Below are positions 61,900-64,000 of a DNA stretch of 64,000 bases, piece by piece. Each line of letters starts with the position of its first letter. Position 1 is the first letter of the stretch. The position numbers and the translations under genes are program-made. The notes below the pieces were generated by a model. That model was given only the letters and a program-made list of their open reading frames with translations. It was not told where the DNA came from and ran no database searches. Origin of the DNA: Octopus sinensis (Eukaryota); contig NC_043000.1 of NCBI RefSeq assembly GCF_006345805.1, positions 40,486,001 to 40,550,000 on the forward strand, in the 5' to 3' direction.

Positions 61900-64000
61900 T
61901 CATTCCGAAAACGGCGAGATAGTTGCCGTTAACGTTACGCTTACATTGTTGCAAGGCTACAACTACAGGAAAGACATTTGCAGGGAGGAAATTCTAGAGG
62001 ATCGATGTTCTGGGTAGGAAGGATTGTGCAGAGGAGTTAGTGTGGTGATAGAGGGTTGGACTCAATGTGAGTGATGAGAGGATGAAGAGTGAATGAACCA
62101 AGAGTATTGGCAACTTTGAGAAGCAGAGGCCACTGTTGCTGCAGAGAAGGGACACAACTTGTATATTGTTCGAGGGTCGGCTGAAAAGTTCATAGGCTGA
62201 CCAAGATACTCTCATGGCATATGACCTAATGAGGTTTATTTTTCAACATAGTCCTCTTTGGCGGTCCACACACTTCTATTAGTGTTGCAATGCTTGGATC
62301 CTATAGGTGAAGACGCTTTTATCCTGTTCGGAAAAAAGTGGACAGCAGCAAATATGACGTCATCATCACTGCAATACTGGTTTCCAGCTCAGTTTTTTTT
62401 TTCATGTTGGGGAACAAATGAGGGTCAGAGGGACCAAATTAAGAGAAATTGGTGGGGTGATCAACAAGTTCAAAGCCACACGAACACACAGCAGCCATTG
62501 AGACCAGGGACTTGTGTGCTGGAACACTGTCCTAATGAAACAAGACAAGCAGGATCCCTTTCGTCAGTTTTGTAATCAGAGCTTGGAGTCTCCGTGAGTG
62601 ACTTCATGTCGAGTGACCTTTCTTAGAATGTAATCTAAGATTTCAATGTGTATGTAGTAGCTGTAGCAACCCAGATTCTGAAGCTGTACTCACTTGTGTA
62701 TCTCACCTAACTTTTGCAGAGCGGTTTAAAGTATTCTCTGGATAGGAATAGTAAGTTTAATCTTTGAAATACGGACGAAAAGAGATCCTCAGTGAATCTA
62801 AAACACGGAATATGAAGTGACAACGAGGTTTCTAGTTAAGTGCAGCTCATGCTGTATCATCAGGTTTCTTCATATGTGCAGTGACTCTGTAAATAAATGT
62901 ATTTCTGTATGTATCTGTACGAGTATAAGTGTGTGTTCTTGCCGCAGGGGGAGTCAAGATTGGCATGACCATATTGGAAAATGTTTTCTCTTCAAGAGTG
63001 AATGCAGATTTAGCCTGGACGATCAAGATACCATGTGACTGTAACTTAGGTACGGAAAAATGGGGAAAAATGAAGGGTGACATAATCTAAGCAAAAGTGA
63101 GCGGTAGCGACAAATAGGTAATTTATGTAAAAGAGGATGATTGAGGCAAGGAGGGGAGCTGAACCCTGAGGGACATCAGACTTGATAAAGTTTGACAGAT
63201 AATTCCAACTGACAGCGACAGTGCATTCTAACAGGAATCCACCGACTCAGGAGATGAGAATCAAACGGAACCCATAGCAGAGTGATTTGAGAAAAGATTC
63301 ATGTACCAGGCTAGGTCGAAAGATTTTCTTATGTCGAGGTCAACAACATTGATTTTACAAATTTTTTCGTGAATGGCACAGAAGGAATGCTGTATTTAGT
63401 GGCCATTAAGGAGGGAGAGTGAGTGAAGATATTGGAGAAGTTTGTGGTTAAAAGCTATCACCATCACCATTGGAAGTGAGTACGATAGGGCGGTTGATTG
63501 CAGGGTCAGAGTGGTTGACCTTCTTATGAATAGGATATACTGTTGCATGTTTCTAGAAGTGGATTCAATTTCTGGGTGGGAACAAAGAGAAAACGGAGAT
63601 AAGGGATTAAAGAGTTTGGGGAGCATAGGGGCTATTACTGAGACGCATCGTTTGAGGATAATAGAAAGAACATTGTCAAGGTTGGTGACCTTGGTAATTT
63701 GAAGCGACCGGGAGTATTTGAAATTTATGTGTGCATGAGTGGGAGCCGAGCGGGGTGTAAAAGGATGACTTAGGAGATTTACCAAACTTGTGCAGTATGA
63801 AGAAGGATAAAAAACGAGCATCGAATATGAAGGAATTCTCCGTGAGATTACTGCTTAAAGAACCATCCTAGGTGGGAAGTAAAAGAAAGAAGGATTAAAT
63901 AAAGTTGATTGAGATCTTTTGGACAAGAAACCGAAAGCATGAGTCTCACTTTGGAGAAGTAGAGAGCTTGGGAGATGAGCAATGCACGAAGGCATCGTTC
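61900..64000 (-). mobile_element. CR1/Jockey-group LINE ORF2 relic, interrupted by a mariner fragment
   Basis: DVPQGSAP (~63177-63154); PRTSIL*NFLPANVFP (~62013-61966); ORF 63396..63821 linker region. Confidence 0.7.
62170..62575 (-). mobile_element. Mariner (DD34D) 3' fragment with one TIR
   Basis: CGAGGGTCGGCTGAAAAGTTC TIR; minus strand gives a frameshifted match to (Y)SPDLAPSD.HLFPNMKK. Confidence 0.7.

Overview
AT-rich, microsatellite-dense eukaryotic DNA with a 100-N assembly gap at 14391-14490. The repeat content (tRNA-derived SINE families, Dong/R4, RTE, CR1-like, Hero and Tx1 LINE relics, Penelope-like elements, Tc1/mariner) strongly resembles an Octopus/cephalopod genome; that assignment is inference from recalled repeat consensus sequences. 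I can support no host protein-coding gene. Most listed ORFs are translations of simple repeats or decayed transposon fragments. The best-preserved coding element is a 1.63-kb IR/DR-type Tc1 (DD34E) with only two in-frame stops. The most interesting signal is a set of about ten hammerhead-ribozyme (HHR) motifs in non-coding and Penelope-associated repeats. They include (i) a retrozyme-like element at 39550-40398, about 1.45 copies of a 582-nt unit bounded by HHR cleavage sites; (ii) a divergent relative at 38050-38435 whose HHR stems covary with it; (iii) a ~205-bp minimal-HHR family repeatedly sitting in dinucleotide tracts; and (iv) several fold-back palindromes built from element termini. 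All structure calls were made by eye and need computational and biochemical confirmation.
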